A stretch of DNA of 63,437 nucleotides, the filler included, from Octopus bimaculoides (Eukaryota), in assembly GCF_001194135.2 (NCBI RefSeq). It is 7 parts of 6 records of this genome, joined end to end, with 100 filler letters (N's around TTAATTAATTAA, not from the genome) between each part and the next. Parts side by side here need not be neighbours in the genome. Positions count along the whole stretch, not along the records: positions 60,004 to 63,437 come from NC_068981.1; 6 more parts are not named here. One strand, 5' to 3'. Below, piece after piece: positions 62,497 through 63,437 of this stretch; position 1 is the stretch's first letter; the number at the start of each line of letters is the position of its first letter. A program made the translations under genes and the position numbers. Below the pieces are notes generated by a model. It made no database searches. It saw nothing but the letters and a program-made list of their open reading frames with translations, and had not been told where the DNA came from.

Positions 62497-63437
62497 GTCA
62501 CCCACACAAGAGCCAGTCCAGGGGCACTGGCAACGATCTCACTCGAAAGATTTCATGTGTCACCTGCACATGAGCCAGACCAGGGGAACCAGCAATGATC
62601 TCGCTCGAAAATCCTACGACGGCCCCGCACAAGAGCCAGTCCAGGGGCACTGGCAACAGTCTCAGTCGAAAAATTTCTTGTGTCACCCGCACAAGAGCCA
62701 GTCCAGAGGCACTAGCAACGATCTCGCTCGAAAGACTTCATGTGTCGCCCACTCATGAGCCAGTCCAGAGGAACCAGCAACAATCTCGCTCGAAAATCCT
62801 ACGACGGCCCCGCACAAGAGCCAGTCCAGTGGCACTGGCAACGGTCTCACTCGAAAAATTTCTTGTTTCATCCGCACAAGAGCCAGTCCAGGGGCACTGG
62901 CAATGATCTCACTCGAAAGATTTCATGTGTAGCCCGCACATGAGCCAGTCTAGGGACACCGGCAACGATCTCGCTCGAAAGATTTCATTTGTCGCCCGCA
63001 CATGAGCCAGTCCAGGGGAACCAGTCACGATCTTGCTCGAAAATCCTACATCGGCCCCGCACAAGAGCCAGTCCAGGGGCACTGGCAACGGTCTCGCTCG
63101 AAAAATTTCTTGTGTCAACCACACAAGAGNNNNNNNNNNCCAGGGGAACCAGCAACGATCTCGCTTGAAAATCCTACAACGGCCCCGCACAAGAGCCAGT
63201 CCAGGGGCACTGGCAACGGTCTCGCTCGAAAAATTTCTTGTGTCAACCACACAAGAGCCAGTCTAGGGGCACCGGCAACGACCTCGCTCAAAAGATTTCA
63301 TGTGTCACCCGCACATGAGCCAGTCCAGGGGAACCAGCAACGATCTCGCTCGAAAATCCTACGATGGCCCCGCACAAGAGCCAGTCCAGTGGCACTGGCA
63401 ACGGTCTCACTCGAAAAATTTCTTGTATCACCTGCAC
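62497..63437. repeat. Tandem satellite of 61-62-bp monomers with a 185-bp three-monomer higher-order period; runs off the window end
   Basis: GAGCCAG recurs at 62510, 62572, 62633, 62695, 62757, 62818 and 62880 (spacing 62, 61, 62, 62, 61, 62); variant ends GATTTCATGTGT, ATCCTACGACGG and AATTTCTTGTGT cycle. Confidence 0.92.

Noticed and set aside
62497-63437. CRISPR-like or coding interpretation of the terminal array
   Set aside because: There are no unique spacers, since whole monomers are homologous; no cas genes; eukaryotic context; and the 185-bp period is not a multiple of 3, so ORFs shift frame.

Overview
AT-rich, gappy eukaryotic DNA that reads as a transposable-element graveyard. I found no host protein-coding gene, rRNA, functional tRNA or CRISPR array. 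The very dense (AT)n/(AC)n/(GATA)n/(ATAC)n microsatellites and tRNA-derived SINE families suggest a cephalopod (octopus-like) genome; this is inference. Recognisable decayed elements: an internally deleted Ty3/Gypsy LTR element with both LTRs, PBS and a 4-bp TSD (11.1-13.3 kb), a Penelope-like GIY-YIG remnant (8.2-9.0 kb), two or three Helitron remnants, Tc1/mariner transposase fragments, RTE, Tx1-like and L2/Crack-like LINE fragments, Tigger-type and hAT-type MITEs, and more than 20 SINE pieces. Six 100-bp N/TTAATTAATTAA/N blocks are assembly spacers. Most long ORFs in the supplied track are artefacts of N runs or microsatellites. The most unusual structures are three adjacent foldback elements at 41.2-42.6 kb, several near-perfect small hairpins, and a 61-62-bp satellite with a 185-bp higher-order period that appears to have grown out of a dispersed repeat at the window end. 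I see no convincing novel multi-gene system. All identities and alignments were estimated by eye.
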